From Podarcis filfolensis (lineage: Eukaryota): a DNA stretch of 64,000 bases. Positions 50,561-63,608 of this stretch are shown here, piece after piece. The translations under genes and the position numbers were made by a program. Below the pieces are notes generated by a model. That model saw nothing but the letters and a program-made list of their open reading frames with translations, searched no databases and was not told the DNA's origin. Numbering within the stretch: position 1 is the first letter of the stretch; the number at the start of each line of letters is the position of its first letter. The stretch lies in NCBI GenBank assembly GCA_964270895.1, contig OZ185453.1. One strand, 5' to 3'.

Positions 50561-53500
50561 ATTTGAACACGGCTCTCCCGCAGTCCAGTCCTGTACCTAC
50601 CACACTGACTCCCTCTCACGACATGGGGGGGAGGTTATGTTTATAGTGATGCTATACAGGCCATTAAGGAAATCGACCCAAATGGGGAGGGGGAAGAGGG
50701 TATGTGAAACAGGGGAGCCCTTCCCAGAAAGGGGGGGGGGGTGGAACATACCACTGAGATGCGAGGAGATACTTCCCCTTCCCTCCCCTCACGTGGCCTG
50801 AGGCAGACAAATCTACCCTCTAATGCAGGGGGGAAGGGACCTCTGACTTGGCAACCCTTTTCATTTAGCCCACTATTTTCGGGAGGCTGTGCCCACCTGA
50901 CTCACACGTGACGTCATGCATGACTTGAAAGCAACCACCCGGAGCTTAGGGCTCCCTGTTGCTCCTTGGACCAGCATGGATGACATTCCACTGGGAAATT
51001 CTCCTCTGCAAGCTTCATGGAAACAAATGTGAGCTGTGGGCAAGATGCTGCTGTCCCCAGATATGCTCTCCTTCCATTTCTGTGGGCTTGCGGAGAAGAA
51101 TGTCCTGGCAGATGGTGCTCTGTGAAGCAGATCTGCCTGCCCTCTTAAAGGCATTCCACGTTTTCTGCGCCTGCTTTAGCTCTAACTCCTGACGCTGCCA
51201 GAGGCAGCTTCCTGTCTTACTTCTCGCAGGCCAGGGCTGGGGGAATCTCCAAAACTCCTTGGACTCCAACTCCCACCCCCCCCCCCGGCCATTTGCTGTG
51301 CTGGCTGAGGGGCTATGGGGAGCCCCACTCAGCCACGCCCCACGACAAGTTCCTCTTTAGTCAGTAGTTCTCTGCCCGGCCTGCTTTCATCCTTTCCTCT
51401 AGGAAATTGTGCCCCCCCTCCTGGTTCTCACCCCTGCCTCTTCTTTCTCTCTAGGGGGTTCTTTACATGTCTGGGCCAGGATGGGAAAGTTTATGATGAC
51501 TTGAAATATGTTTGGCTGCAAGGCCGGCAGGTAGGGGTCCTCAGGGGCTGTGGATTTTGGAAATTTTTTTAGATTTTCTGTTGGGATCACCTTTGTGTGG
51601 TTGGGGCTGGGGTGGGAAATGAGGCTGGGGAGGGCCAGCTTCTCTGAAGCCAGCCAAGGCTTGATTGGAACCTGGCTTGCCTGGAGTTGGCCTCAGAATC
51701 TGGTTTCAGTGCTGGCCTTAAAGCTTGGAATGAACAGGTAAAGCAAATTTAATAAATAAATGGCACAAGTCTCTCTGAGCATGTGCAGAATGCCTCAACA
51801 CTGCAGCTCCCCCATCAGTCCCCCATATTGGGAACGTTTTTGCACGAGGAATTTCCAAGCCAGCCTGAGGTCCAGCACCTGTCTCCTTAAGAACAGGCCA
51901 GGCCTGCGCATCACTGTGGAGAGCCACGCTCACAGCTCATACCCTGAATGGCAGGCATCAGTGCCGGGGCTTAAGCCAAGGAAAGGAAAGGTGTGGCCCT
52001 CCAGGAACGGATGGAGTCCAATTCCCATCATCCCTGACCACTGACCTTGCTGGCTGGGGCTGATGAGTGCTGGAGTGAGCAAGTGTCCTCATCCCTGGCT
52101 GAGCCAAGGCAGATGTCTGCCATGAGACTAGAGGGCCCAGGTTACCTCTCCATCCCTTCCCAAACAGGTGTGGATGTACAGTCGGCTGTATCGAAAAGTA
52201 CCAAGATTCCGGCGCCCTGAACTCCTGCAGGCAGCCCGAGCAGGTAACTTCTTCCACCTTGTGTACAGAAGGGATGGGATTTGGGAATGAAGGCAAAGAA
52301 GGGATAATATTGGGTGGGCAGACAGAGGTCTGTGGTGTGTGGACTGGGGCAGGGAATTGAGATGAGGGCTGAGAGACTCTTGAAAGTTCTGATACTTTGG
52401 AATGGTGGTGGGATTATAGGGGTTGTCCCCCCACAATTAATCATCATCACAATCTAATCAGTTAGCCTTTTCTGTTAACTGAGTACTCCTTGTATGGTAA
52501 GCCATTCCGCCCCCCAAGAGTGAGCCTGAGGCAGAGAGATTTTGCCTAAGGCCACCTACTGCGCCTGTGGGAGAGGGGCAATTTGTACTGGGGCTTCCCA
52601 ATTCATAGCTCAATCCCTGCTTGTGATCAGTTGGAGAAAGTGTAAAAAGTTGGTGGGGGGTCTTGGCCCAAGTGCTCTGGGTATTTGGTTGCCAGTAGCA
52701 GAGAGGGGCAGAGCTGCCTTCCTCCAAATCTATTTCTTTCTCTGAGGTGGGGAGTTCCTGTTAGAGCATGCGCGAGTGGCCCCACCATCACAGAAGTGTG
52801 CCTTTGTCCTGACTCGTGATGGGCGCCCTGTGAAAATCCAGCGCACCATTTTCAGCGAGTGCTTCTATGTCCTTGGGCTGGATGAACTTGGACGAGCAAC
52901 TGGGGAACCTCGTTACCAGGTGAGGTCAGGAGAGCTGGATACAGATGTCCTGATTGCCTGCCTGCCTCCTTATATGAACAGTGGGCATCTAAACCTGTTT
53001 ATCCTCCTTCTCTTCTCCCTCTGATTATTACCTCAGCAAAAATACCCTTTCCCCAAAGCTATGGTACAGCTCCTAGCACATGGCTGATAAAACCGCAGCT
53101 GTAGGGTTGGGCCCAGAGTGGAGAGACCAGCTCATTTTACCTCATGGTGCTGCGGTTGAGGCACGTCTTCCTGTCTCTATGGATACTGGAGTTCCGTTGA
53201 TAGAACTAGAAGAAGAATAGCCATCATCTACATAGAGGAAGAGGCTGGTCAGCTGGTTGAGTCTGCTCTTGTGTAGGGTTAACCCTTGTCCAAAGTACTG
53301 GTCCATGGGAGGTGCTGTGAACCTCTGCTCCCCCAGGAGGCAGTGATGGCCACCAACTTAGATGGCTTTAAAAGAGGATTAGACAAATTCTTGGAGGAGG
53401 CGAGGGCTATCATTGCTCACTAACCATGATGGCTCTGCTCTGCCTCCGTAGAAGAGCGCTTAAGAACGGAAGAGGAGCCCTTCTGGATCAGACCAAAGGC

Positions 53501-56500
53501 CTACTTCATCCTTATCCTCTTTCCCACACTAGCCAACCAGATGCCTTCAAGCAACACATGAGAGCGACCCTTTTCTCTTGGGTAGTGGAACTCTACTATA
53601 ACGCATATCTCTGTTGGTTGGAGGAGTGCTGAGTGGTTGGTTGTTGGTCATCTCTCTGGCTTCTTCACTTGCTCTCTCTCACCCTCCCTGCCGATCAGCC
53701 GTGATGAAGCCTGAGCAGTGAGCAAATGAGTTTGGCCAAGGCCTGCTGAGTCCCTTGGAGAAGAGGGAAACCTGACTCCAGGCATGGATGTTGTGGGAGT
53801 GAGACCAGCCCTAGCCTTAGGTTTCCACTTGGCTAATGGGTATTTTCGTAGATTGTAACGATGTTCCTGTTGGCAGAGGGAAGCCCTGGCAATGATGGAG
53901 GCCATTGTGCACTGGGTGAGGGAGGATCCCTCTGAGCTGGGACGCCCACTGCTGGCGGGGGCAAGCCCACATGACTCCATGGCTGTTCCCATGATGCTCC
54001 TCAACCTGGTGGATCAGCTGTCAGAAGGAGATGCAGAGGCTGCAAGCCGGTTCAGTGAGCTGGGAGGCTGGTCTGCTCAGCGAATCCTCATGCACGTGCA
54101 GGTAAAGGGGTGGGAATGGTCGGCCCCCCCTGCCCCTTAGTTTTGCTTTTGTCTTCGTTTGGTATGTTTTAGAATAGAATTCTTATTTCGCTACAGAGGG
54201 ATGGTGCTGCTGTGTTGGAGAACGTTTCTGAAGAGGGTGAGGAGTTGCCAGGGTGTTTGGGAAGACAACAGAATCCTGGTAAGAAGAGACCAAGAGCCAG
54301 GATGCTTTGGGAGTCAAGTGCAGCAGCGTATATTTTGCTGAGGAATTTCATGTTAGCCAGAACCCCAGGAATCTAGATTTTTAGCAAACAAATTTCTAGC
54401 CTGTTTAGCAGTAGAGCAAAGTTTGAAAATATCTCTGTCAGACCCACAGGTTAGGGTCCTGAATGAAGAGTTGGGCTGGTGTATACATTGCACTCCATTG
54501 CTGGGAGATTTGTAGCTCTCCAGATGTTGGATATCAACTCCCATCAGCCCCAGCCAGCAGGGCCAACAGTCAGGAACGATGGGAACTGTACTCCCAGCAG
54601 CACCTCAAGGTCCACACATTCTCCAGCCCTGTATTGCACAGGATCAGGTGGTGGAACTCTGCACTGCACCACTGTAGATTGCAGGGGCCATATTTTTAAT
54701 GTAACTAGTCATGGGCTTAGCCAAGAGGGGACAGGGAGGGGCAGCTGCCCCCAAAATCAATAAAAATCAATAAAACTACATAGCTAACTGAGGTTCTGCC
54801 CCCCCCAAACAAAAATCCTGGCTATGCCCAACTAGTTCAGATTTTGCCAGCCTGGTATGTCCTGCCCCCACCATAAGACATAGGGGCCGAGGCGATTTTG
54901 ACATCCCCCCAATGTCAGCCCCCTCAATTTTCAGAGGATGTTTTGCTCTGCCCCCTGGTTCTTGCAATGTTGCACAACGTTGCATCAGGTCCCCTCAATC
55001 CTCTGGAGAAGCCGGCGCCTCTGCACCAGAATGTTTTGGACTACAATTTCCATCAGCCCCAACCAGTATGGTTTTGCTGGCTGGGGCTGGGGCTGGGGGG
55101 GTGTTGGATATTCCAAAGTATTTGGAGGTTGCCAGGTTGGTGGGGGTTGGCACGTCAGGGCTACTGTTAGCCGTGCTCACTTGCTACGTGCAGGGAGTCT
55201 TTACATGGAGCCTTCAAAAGTACTACACCGTTCTCTGCAGTCTGAAGTGGTGCAGCCTAGATAGCTACCCTCTCATACTGCAAAGATTGGCACCTAGACC
55301 CTGGCACATATCCTTACTAGCATCCCTGCCTCCACAGCCCCCTTGCCCCTTGTGACAGTCTTCTTTCTCCCATCCCCAATTTATGCAAGAGAGAGAGAGG
55401 CTGCTCAGCTGGGAAGCAGGAACAGTTTCACAGAGTCCCCATCCTGCCACCAGCAGGTGCAAGCCAGTGGCGTGTAGGGGGCTCCATAAAACTGCCTGGC
55501 TGAGCAATGGCAGATGTATGCTTCTCAACCAAGCAGTTTAAAGAAGTGAAGGGAGGAACAAGCTGTATTGGCCCCTCTCCGATGCAGCATGTTTCTCCCT
55601 CTGCGCCGGTTTGAGGGCAAAGTGGGATGGCAGCTTCACTCAGCAGGATATCGCTGGTGAAACTGCCGCTGCCCCTGAGTCCCTCTGCCTCCAGTGCCCG
55701 GCTGCAGCTTGTTTCTCCCTTGGCGCGCTGGGCACTGGTGGCTAAGGAACTGAGGAGGAGGCTGTTTCACCTGTAATATACCACTGAGTGAAGCTGCCAT
55801 TGCTGTCTGCCCCTCATACCGGTCCTGGGCGATGTATTGATGCATCACCCAGGCCTACTGGAGATGGAGAGGAAAGGTGTATCAAAAGGAAAATGAATTG
55901 ATAATGATTTTTATATATTAGTAACTTTGTATTACTGTAACATTTCTGTATGTGTGTTTTTGTAATATTTTGTGTATGTTGTCTGTTGTTATGTCAAATT
56001 TCTGTCTACTTATTAGAGATATTTTATATATATTAAGTGATATAGAAATAAAATAACCAATCTGCCTTGGGATGGGGTGGGAGCCATTTTTTCCTGTCAA
56101 GGGCTGCATTTCCTCAGCATTCTCTGCCGGGAGCTGTGTGCCAGTGCTGAGTGGATGGATCACCCTCCCTCCTTCCCTCCCTCCGCCCCCTGCATGGAAT
56201 TAGTCTGAGGGCAGTAGGTTGCCTGCCCCAGAACTCTGAGCCAGCACTGGGGTGTTTCTTCTCCATTTTTGTTTCTAAGGCCATGCGATTGAAGCAGGCT
56301 GGTTCCTGCTCCGCTACGCGCAGCGCCAGCAGGACTCGGACCTCGTGGCCCAGGCTGTGGAGAAGTTCATGAAGGAGCCATTCCGTCTGGGCTGGGACCC
56401 TGAACATGGTGGACTCTTTGCCTTCCAGGATGTGGATGGCCTCTGCCCAACGCAGGTACAGAAGCTTGGACCCTAAAGCCTACATTCACCATGCATTTGA

Positions 56501-59500
56501 CAACTGCCCTCCTCCTGGGATCTCTTGGGTTGTTCCCTCCCACCCCCCAACTTTCCCCTCTTTCTTCTTCAGTTAGAGTGGAAAATGAAGCTTTGGTGGC
56601 CACACACAGAAGCCATGATTGCATTTCTGATGGGCTTTGCTGAGACTCGAGACCAAGAGCTCCTGGAACGCTTTGTCCAAGTGGCTAAATATGCCTTTGC
56701 CAAGGTAAGCTTGAAGGCTGGCCATGGAGGGCAGGGGGTGCCATTAAGTTAGAAGAGAGGTGGTGAGATGAGGTTTGAAGAAAGTGCATTTCCTGGTCAA
56801 AGGCTCTGGGGGCTGGGAAAGAAGCGGTGCCCGAGACCTTGCAGAGCGGGGTGCTGCTTGGGTGCAGCCTAAGGCAGCTTCCACTGGTCAATATGGTGAC
56901 CGTCAGCTTCCTAACCTATGGGAGTGGCACCAGGAACCTAAAACCCCTCCATAGCTCACATCTCACACTGTAGATCGTCTTATAATCTGATATGCATATT
57001 GTTTCACCATCTTTGCTTGTTCTTCTCTTAGTTCAGTGACCCACAGGCAGGTGAATGGTTTGGCTATCTGAGCCAGGAGGGCAAGGTGGCTCTCACAATC
57101 AAAGGAGGGCCATTCAAAGGTAAAGAGGCTGTGTGGTGGCTTAATTGTGACGGTTGGGGAGGGGGGGCAGTAATAAGATTTAATCTGAGCAAGAATGTCA
57201 GCAAGGCACACCTGCAAGGCCTTTTTCCAGTACTGAAGCTCAGTGGTAGAATGCAGAGCGCAGTGTAACAAGAGTGGCTCTAGAATGTGTGTTCACTTTG
57301 CTACTGATAACCAGCACCCACTCACAGCTACCTAGAATTAGCAGTGCGGGCAGAAAGAGACAGCAGCATATACCTGCCTCAAGTAAATGCTCTCTTGGGA
57401 TCACCTGCTGCTTTTGGAATAAAATGACATGCTTCCCCTATGACCAGTCTGCCCTTATGCATCCATAGGGCTTTGAGGGGGAAACTACTACTGCCCTGTT
57501 TGAAGTGTTAATGCTTCTATAGCACTATCAGCATGCAAAACTTGTCAAGGACATTGAGGGAGAATTGCAATATCCCCATTAGGACTGCAACTTTTTCAGG
57601 TTTTACAACTATTACTCTTGTTTTCATAGGCAACCAACGTGCTCTTGATTTAAGTGCTATTTGTTTATAACACATCTAGATTATTTATGAAAGCTAAAGA
57701 TAGCAGGCCCCATGGCTCAACTCCTCACACAGGAAGGAATGCCTCTTTTTTAATTAACTTATTTATTGATATTTGTTAATAGATACTACAAAAACACATA
57801 CCCATTACAAAGTACATTTTATAATATACTAAGACAGCTACTTAGTCTAAAAAAGAACGAAGTCAGAAAGGAGAGACCTGAAAAACGAAAAAGGGAGAGA
57901 AAAGGGGAAGAAAGGAAAAACTACAGAACTATAGAAAAGAGTAAGAGGACTTCTGTCTCTCTGTCCTGCAGCTATATATAATATTTATTCCTTAAAATCC
58001 AACCATCCTATCTTCTATATACCAGTATTTTTTCAGTCTTCAGATTCTGACAAGTTCATTTTCTCTTTCATGCAAAAAGTCCTTAAGAAATTTCCAATCC
58101 TTAACAAATGTAATGATTTTTCTCTAATTAAAACATGTTAACTTTGCCATCTCAGCCAGATCCAATAATTTCATCAGCCATTCTTCTATAGTGGGTAGGA
58201 CTATCTTTTCATCTTTGTGCATATAGCAGTCTTGTTGCTGTAGTCATATATTGGAGTAATCAGGAATAAAGTTAAGGAACTACTGGTGGAATTTCTGGAA
58301 AAGGAGGCTAGAAATATGGAAGCAGAATTGGATAAAATTTATAGAATCAACACACTACGAAAAAATAAACTTCCAAGAGATGTCTTGGTCCAATTTGTTA
58401 GGATAAAAAACACCTAGAGACGATACAGATTTGACTGTGCTGAAAGAAATTCCGTCTAAGATACTACATAAAAGAAAAGAATACAGCTTAACAGATAAAC
58501 TTAAACAGAAAAGAATCCAATTTAGATAGGATGCAGCAGAAGGATTCTGACTTAATACAGTACAGAGAGCAAGAGAATTTGTGGAGAGATTTAAATTTGA
58601 TATTAAAGATATGCAAATGGAGGAGACTTAAGATGCAGCAATGGGAGCATCAAGTATAGAGGTGACAAATTAACTTGACTGACTATGGATTACAAAATTT
58701 TAACATGGAATATAAATGGGGCAAATGCTTCACAAAAGAGGAAAAAGGTATTTTATCACTTGAATATAGTGAAATTAGATTTAAGATGTTCACAAAAAAC
58801 ACTTATTAGGAAAAAGGACACAAAATATTTGATTCAAAAGAAATTAGGGGAAGAATGTATTTCTGCAGGAACAAAGAAAAGAAATGGAGTTATATTGTGT
58901 ATATACATTCCCAATTTTGTCCAAAATTGATTCTTTTGGATGAACAAGGTAGATTTATTGGGGTGGAAATTAACATTTGTGGAAAAATGATTTTGGATCT
59001 AGGTATATATGCTCCAAATGATAACAAATCAGCTTTTTATAAAGGATTCATGGATAGACTGAGGGATTATGCATATGAAAACTGGTGCCTTATGGCAGAT
59101 TAGAATGCTCCCCCCACCACAGACAAGGCAGGAGTCAGAGAAATGTATTTTGCAGCCTGTTGTCTAATGTGGATAAAGGAGTGGTTGACATGGAGAAGGG
59201 AGAGGACTTTAGAAATAGGACATGACCTAAGGTTTGGATGGCATGGATATCTGTGATATAATAAAGTTAAAGTTAATGTAGATTTTAAAAATCACTGTAT
59301 TTGAACTGCCATATTAAGAATTTGGAATAAATGCAAACCTAGGTTGCACCAAAAGACACCTGTATGGATTTCACCACAAGAAGTTTTTCACAGAAAAGAG
59401 ATGACAGGCAAAGGGAAATGGATAACATACCACAAAATAATGGAAACACCTCAGTGAGATGGGGGAGCCTCTTGAAGCAAAGCAAGTATGCTTCCCCCAA

Positions 59501-60308
59501 AAAACTATTTGTGTTGTTCATGCACAAATTATGCAATCCTAACCATGTCTACGCAGAAATAGCTTATATTGAGTTCAGTGGTGCTTACTCCCAGGTCAAT
59601 AGGGTTAGGCTTGCATCTTAAGATTTGCCACACTGGAATCCTCTTAGCCTTGGTGGTATTTTTTCTGATCTGTAATATGCATTCTGCTAGCTAAACTTCC
59701 ATTGTTGTGATTTTTTAGTAACCTGCAGGCATTCTGGAGAGATTAGACCAGCCTTCCTCAGCCTTGGCCCTCCAGGTGTTTTTGGCCTACAACTCCCACG
59801 ATCCCTAGCTAGCAGGACCAATGGTCAGGGATGCTGGGAATTGTAGTCTCAAAACATCTGGAGGGCCAAGGTTGAGGAAGCCTGGATTAGACAAATGACT
59901 GCTTGACTTCCTTTTCAACCTTCTTTTTACCATTTCCCTCATTTTTATGAAGTTTCTCCACAGCTGTTCAAATGAGCCAAGAGCTGCCCCTGATGGTTCC
60001 AAATCTACTTCCTGTTTGGGTTGCTTCTGCCACTAAACCTTGCTGGCTCACTTGCTTAAGACACATGACTTGCAATACTTTAATGCCCCCACACCAAGCT
60101 GTGGTTAGGGAAATGCAGTAAAAGAGGGTGTTTGGGAGACAGGATCCCTGTCTTGTTTCATTTATTTAAAGCATTTTTATCCTGCCCCCTTACATTCCTC
60201 CCCATCTCTATCTTTGCAGGCTGTTTCCATGTCCCCCGTGCGCTCTATATCTGTGAAGAAATTCTGGAATCGCTCATAAGGGAAACTCAGTTGACCAGCC
60301 AGGGATGA
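50376..60308 (+). CDS. RENBP: N-acylglucosamine 2-epimerase (renin-binding protein), 10 coding exons, 405 aa
   Basis: join(50376-50476,51455-51530,52168-52243,52747-52919,53877-54101,54197-54278,56280-56455,56573-56704,57032-57119,60220-60308) = 1218 nt, in frame. Motifs [74 protein letters not shown] and KGGPFKGCFHVPR are present. Confidence 0.95.
53340..53580. mobile_element. CR1 3' fragments (one sense, one antisense)
   Basis: gtgatggccaccaacttagatggctttaaaagaggattagacaaattc (CR1 ORF2 end) followed by taagaac..ctggatcagaccaaaggcc (reverse CR1 tail). Confidence 0.6.
54710..54829. mobile_element. Short hAT-like MITE
   Basis: Termini catgggcttagcc / ggctatgccc, flanked on both sides by aactagt. 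Confidence 0.55.
57748..59466. mobile_element. Rearranged L1-clade LINE in the last RENBP intron (minus-strand 3' end joined to plus-strand ORF1/EN/post-RT pieces)
   Basis: Minus 57748-58250: T-tract, 3'UTR and [19 protein letters not shown]. Plus 58250-59100: ORF1 ([20 protein letters not shown]) and APE endonuclease ([18 protein letters not shown]). Plus 59105-59440: post-RT ORF2 ([22 protein letters not shown]). Confidence 0.8.
59749..59884. mobile_element. 136-bp hairpin hAT MITE
   Basis: Near-perfect inverted arms cagccttcctcagccttggccctccag / ctggagggccaaggttgaggaagcctg, with a perfect 8-bp TSD GATTAGAC (59741-59748, 59885-59892). Confidence 0.9.
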
Positions 60309-60945
60309 AACACTCCACTAACTCTTGTATTAAATGAAGGGATGGGTGTTCTCTACTTTCTGCCTGGGATAAATCTTAATTCCAGCCACATTCTTCTTCA
60401 ACCATGGTAGAAACTAAAGAACCCCTTTTCAGCCACTTCTCACTCCCAGTTCCAGTGGCTGTTTTACACTCCTGGCCAGCCTTGATTTTGCAGAACTCCA
60501 TCATGAACAAACTTGCTATGGGTCCCAGGCTGTGCTCTCTTACAGGAGGAGATAACCGCTGGTCACATCCAGACCATACCTTTAAAACATTATGAAGCAC
60601 TCTTATACCACTTTAACAGTCAGGTTTTCCCCAAACAATCCTGGGAACTGTAGTTTGTGTGATGACCCAACAAACCTATAATTCCTAGCACTGTTGACAA
60701 ACCATAGTTCCCAGGATTCTCCATGACTGTTATAGTAGTATAAGAGTGCTTTAAATGTATACTGTGAATGTGACAATATTTTGGCTCTTAACCGTTTTCA
60801 TGGTGGGAGAACTTTGGGGTTGTTTTTTCAAAAAAATGCTTTCATTCTCTTCCTGGTTAGGGAGCCTTTGCCATTTCCTTGCCTGATGTTCACCACTTGC
60901 CTTTTCTTCTTTGAGGGTCCAAATGAATCTCTGCAATTGAGAAAC

Positions 60946-60951
60946 AATAAA
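60946..60951 (+). terminator. Candidate RENBP polyadenylation signal
   Basis: AATAAA about 640 nt after the stop. A proximal ATTAAA also occurs at about 60330. Confidence 0.4.
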
Positions 60952-61491
60952 AAAGATACACACTGAATGGAAAACGGGAGTGTGTTGGGTCTTACCCTGT
61001 TGTGCTTTTTTCCTATTCATGGGGAGAGACACTACTGGGGGATGGAGCTTGAGGGTCTGCCAGAGGCCTAGTTTCACTGAAGTGACTGGGCTATATACCA
61101 TATCTGACTGAGGGGGGGGCCTCACAAAAATTGCCTCTCGACATATAACCTAAGCATGTTGGAGTGACAGGTTCTATCCTAGCCTTCTCCCTGACATGCC
61201 CGTTTTCTGTGTGAAGTGATTTATTTGTTTTTAATGGGGTATTCTGTCATGTGAAGCCCAACCTACAGCCTAGACTCAGAAGAAGTTCTAAAGAGACAGA
61301 GAGAGCAATCCTCTTCAGGGAGTCGCAGGGGCTACTTGGATGGGTGCAGTGGCGGGGGAGCATGCCACATTCTATATTCTCCCAGTGCAGAAGGGGCCTT
61401 GGCCAGGTGGAAGAGCTCAGGTTTCACATGCAGGAGCCTCCCAGGTTTAAATTCCAGGATCACGTCCTCCCACTTAGGTATGTCTGGGAGG

Positions 61492-61717
61492 ACTCTGTCC
61501 CAGTTTCTGCCAAACTGGCAGTTCGAAAGCATACCAGTGCAAGTAGATGAATAGGTACTGCTGCGGCGGGAAGGTAAACTGTGTTTCTGTGTGCTGGTCA
61601 CATGACACAGAAAGGTATCTGTGAACAAGCGCCGGTTCCCTTGGCCTAAAGCAAGATGAGTGCCACACCCCATAGTCGCCTTTGGTTGGACTTAACTGTC
61701 CAGGGGTCCTTTATCTT
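61492..61717 (+). mobile_element. 5'-truncated Sauria SINE
   Basis: gcagttcgaaagcataccagtgcaagtagatgaataggtac..gggaaggtaaac..ccccatagtcgcctt..gacttaactgtccaggggtcctttatcttt matches the Sauria SINE body and its (ACCTTT)-like tail. 13-bp TSD tatgtctgggagg (61479-61491, 61718-61730). Confidence 0.8.
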
Positions 61718-62376
61718 TATGTCTGGGAGGGCCCGCAGGTCCACCTGTGAGAGTGTCGCTGAGGAGTGCAGCAGCAGTAGCCAATAGGCTCTGGTGCGTA
61801 CCAACCATCCCTTTGGGGCCATGATGCAATGGCACCCCCTTACTACTCTGCCTGATAGACCAACCCAGCGAAGGTGGCCCATTCTCCACCCTGCTAACAC
61901 AGCAGCAGCAGTGATCCCTGGTAGGCCTAAGTACCTTACTGGGCAGAGAGTGACTATCCTGGAGTCCTAGGAGCATCTAGATCAGGGAAGTCCAAAGCAT
62001 GGCCCAAGGACTGCATGTGGCTGTTGAGGACTTTTGGCAGCCCTCCACAACATTTGACACCTCTCTCTTTGCCTTCCCAAAGCCTGGTAAGCAAGGTGCT
62101 GGGCTTTGGGAAGGAGGTGTGAGAGCTTTGACAGGGTCCTTGAGTCCTCGAGTCCTCCTGCATCCTTCCCGAAGCCTAGTTAGCACCTTGCCAGCTTTAG
62201 GGAGGAGTTGGGAGGGCTCTAGGACACCGCCAGAGGCTTGCAACTCCTCCCCAAATCCCGGCTCCTCGCTTAGCCAGCTTTGGGAAGGCTGGGCGGGATG
62301 TCAAGTTTTGGCCTCGCTTCCCCACACATGACAGGTTGGTGCGCAGCCCGCAGGTTCTGTGTCAAAAGTACTGTTG

Positions 62377-63608
62377 AACCCCAAGGTGGTTGTCACCGAT
62401 GGAAGCGAAAGCTCAGAAAAAGCTCAATATGGAGGCTAAATGGCCGAAATATTGGGAAATTTTGGAACAAGATGGAGATAGATTAAAATTGCAGAGTTTT
62501 GAGAAACTAAAGAATAAAGTGCGAGATTGGCTCCATTATTATCAGATAATGGAGGCATATAATCTGGACAAGAAAATTGGCTTCCAGGTGGAAAAATCAA
62601 AACTAGAAACAGAACTGCTAGATCCCAAAACTAAGATACTTTCAAGAATGTATAACTTGCTGTTAAAATGTAATACACAGGATGAAACAGTTAAATCTGC
62701 AATGATTAAATGGGCACAAGATGTTGGACATGACATAATGTTTGCTGACTGGGAACAGTTGTGGACCACAGGTATGAAATTCACGGCATGTAATGCCTTA
62801 AGAGAGAATATTATGAAAATGATTTATAGGTGGTACATGACCCCGGTCAAGCTTGTGAAAATTTATCATTTGCCTGATAATATATGTTGGAAATGTAAAG
62901 AAAATGAAGGCACATTCTTTCACCTTTGGTGGACGTGCCCAAGGATTAAGGCTTTCTGGGAGATGATATATAATGAACTGAAAAAGGTATTTAAATATAC
63001 CTTCTTGAAGAAACCAGAGGCCTTTCTTCTGGGCATAGTTGACCAATCGGTGTTAAAGAAGGATAGAACTTTCTTTATGTATGCCACAACAGCAGCAAGA
63101 ATACTTATTGCAAAATACTGGAAGACACAAGATCTACCCACTTTGGAAGAATGGCAGATGAAGGTGATGGACTGTATGGAATTGGCGGAAATGACCGGCA
63201 GGATCCGAGATCAGGGGGAAGAGTCAGTGGAAGAAGATTGGAAGAAATTTAAAGATTATTTACAGAGATATTGTAAAATTAATGAACTTTAGAATAATGT
63301 TGGATTAAAATTAAGAGGTTTCTAGCTGTAATGGGTTAAAAGAATATGAAAAAATGGGTTTATAAAAGTAAAATTTCAAGATCACAATAATTTAAGAATA
63401 AAGATTTGGGTAGAATAAAGAGGGAAACAAATTGCTGAGCTAATAAATTGAACTGGAATACAAAAAAGAGAGGTATGAGGAGGTCCAAGAAACAAGTAAA
63501 TGAAAAATAATGTGATGGAAAGACTTTTTTTTCTTTTTTTCTCTTTTTCTGTTTGTTTTTATTTTTTGTAATGTAAAAATCTTAATAAAAATCTTATATA
63601 AAAAAAAA
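62377..63608 (+). mobile_element. Young 5'-truncated L1-clade LINE (ORF2 C-terminus, 3'UTR, poly-A)
   Basis: Uninterrupted 300-codon ORF with the CWKC..HLWWTC zinc knuckle, an AATAAA plus A-tail, and a perfect 15-bp TSD tcaaaagtactgttg (62362-62376, 63609-63623). Confidence 0.9.

Noticed and set aside
50376-60308. Functional clustering of RENBP (GlcNAc epimerase) with OGT-processed HCFC1
   Set aside because: The linkage is old synteny and nothing in the sequence shows co-regulation.
61332-62331. Possible DIRS/LTR reverse transcriptase or NAA10 exons
   Set aside because: The central part resolves as a Sauria SINE with TSD, and no RT or acetyltransferase motif holds up in any frame.
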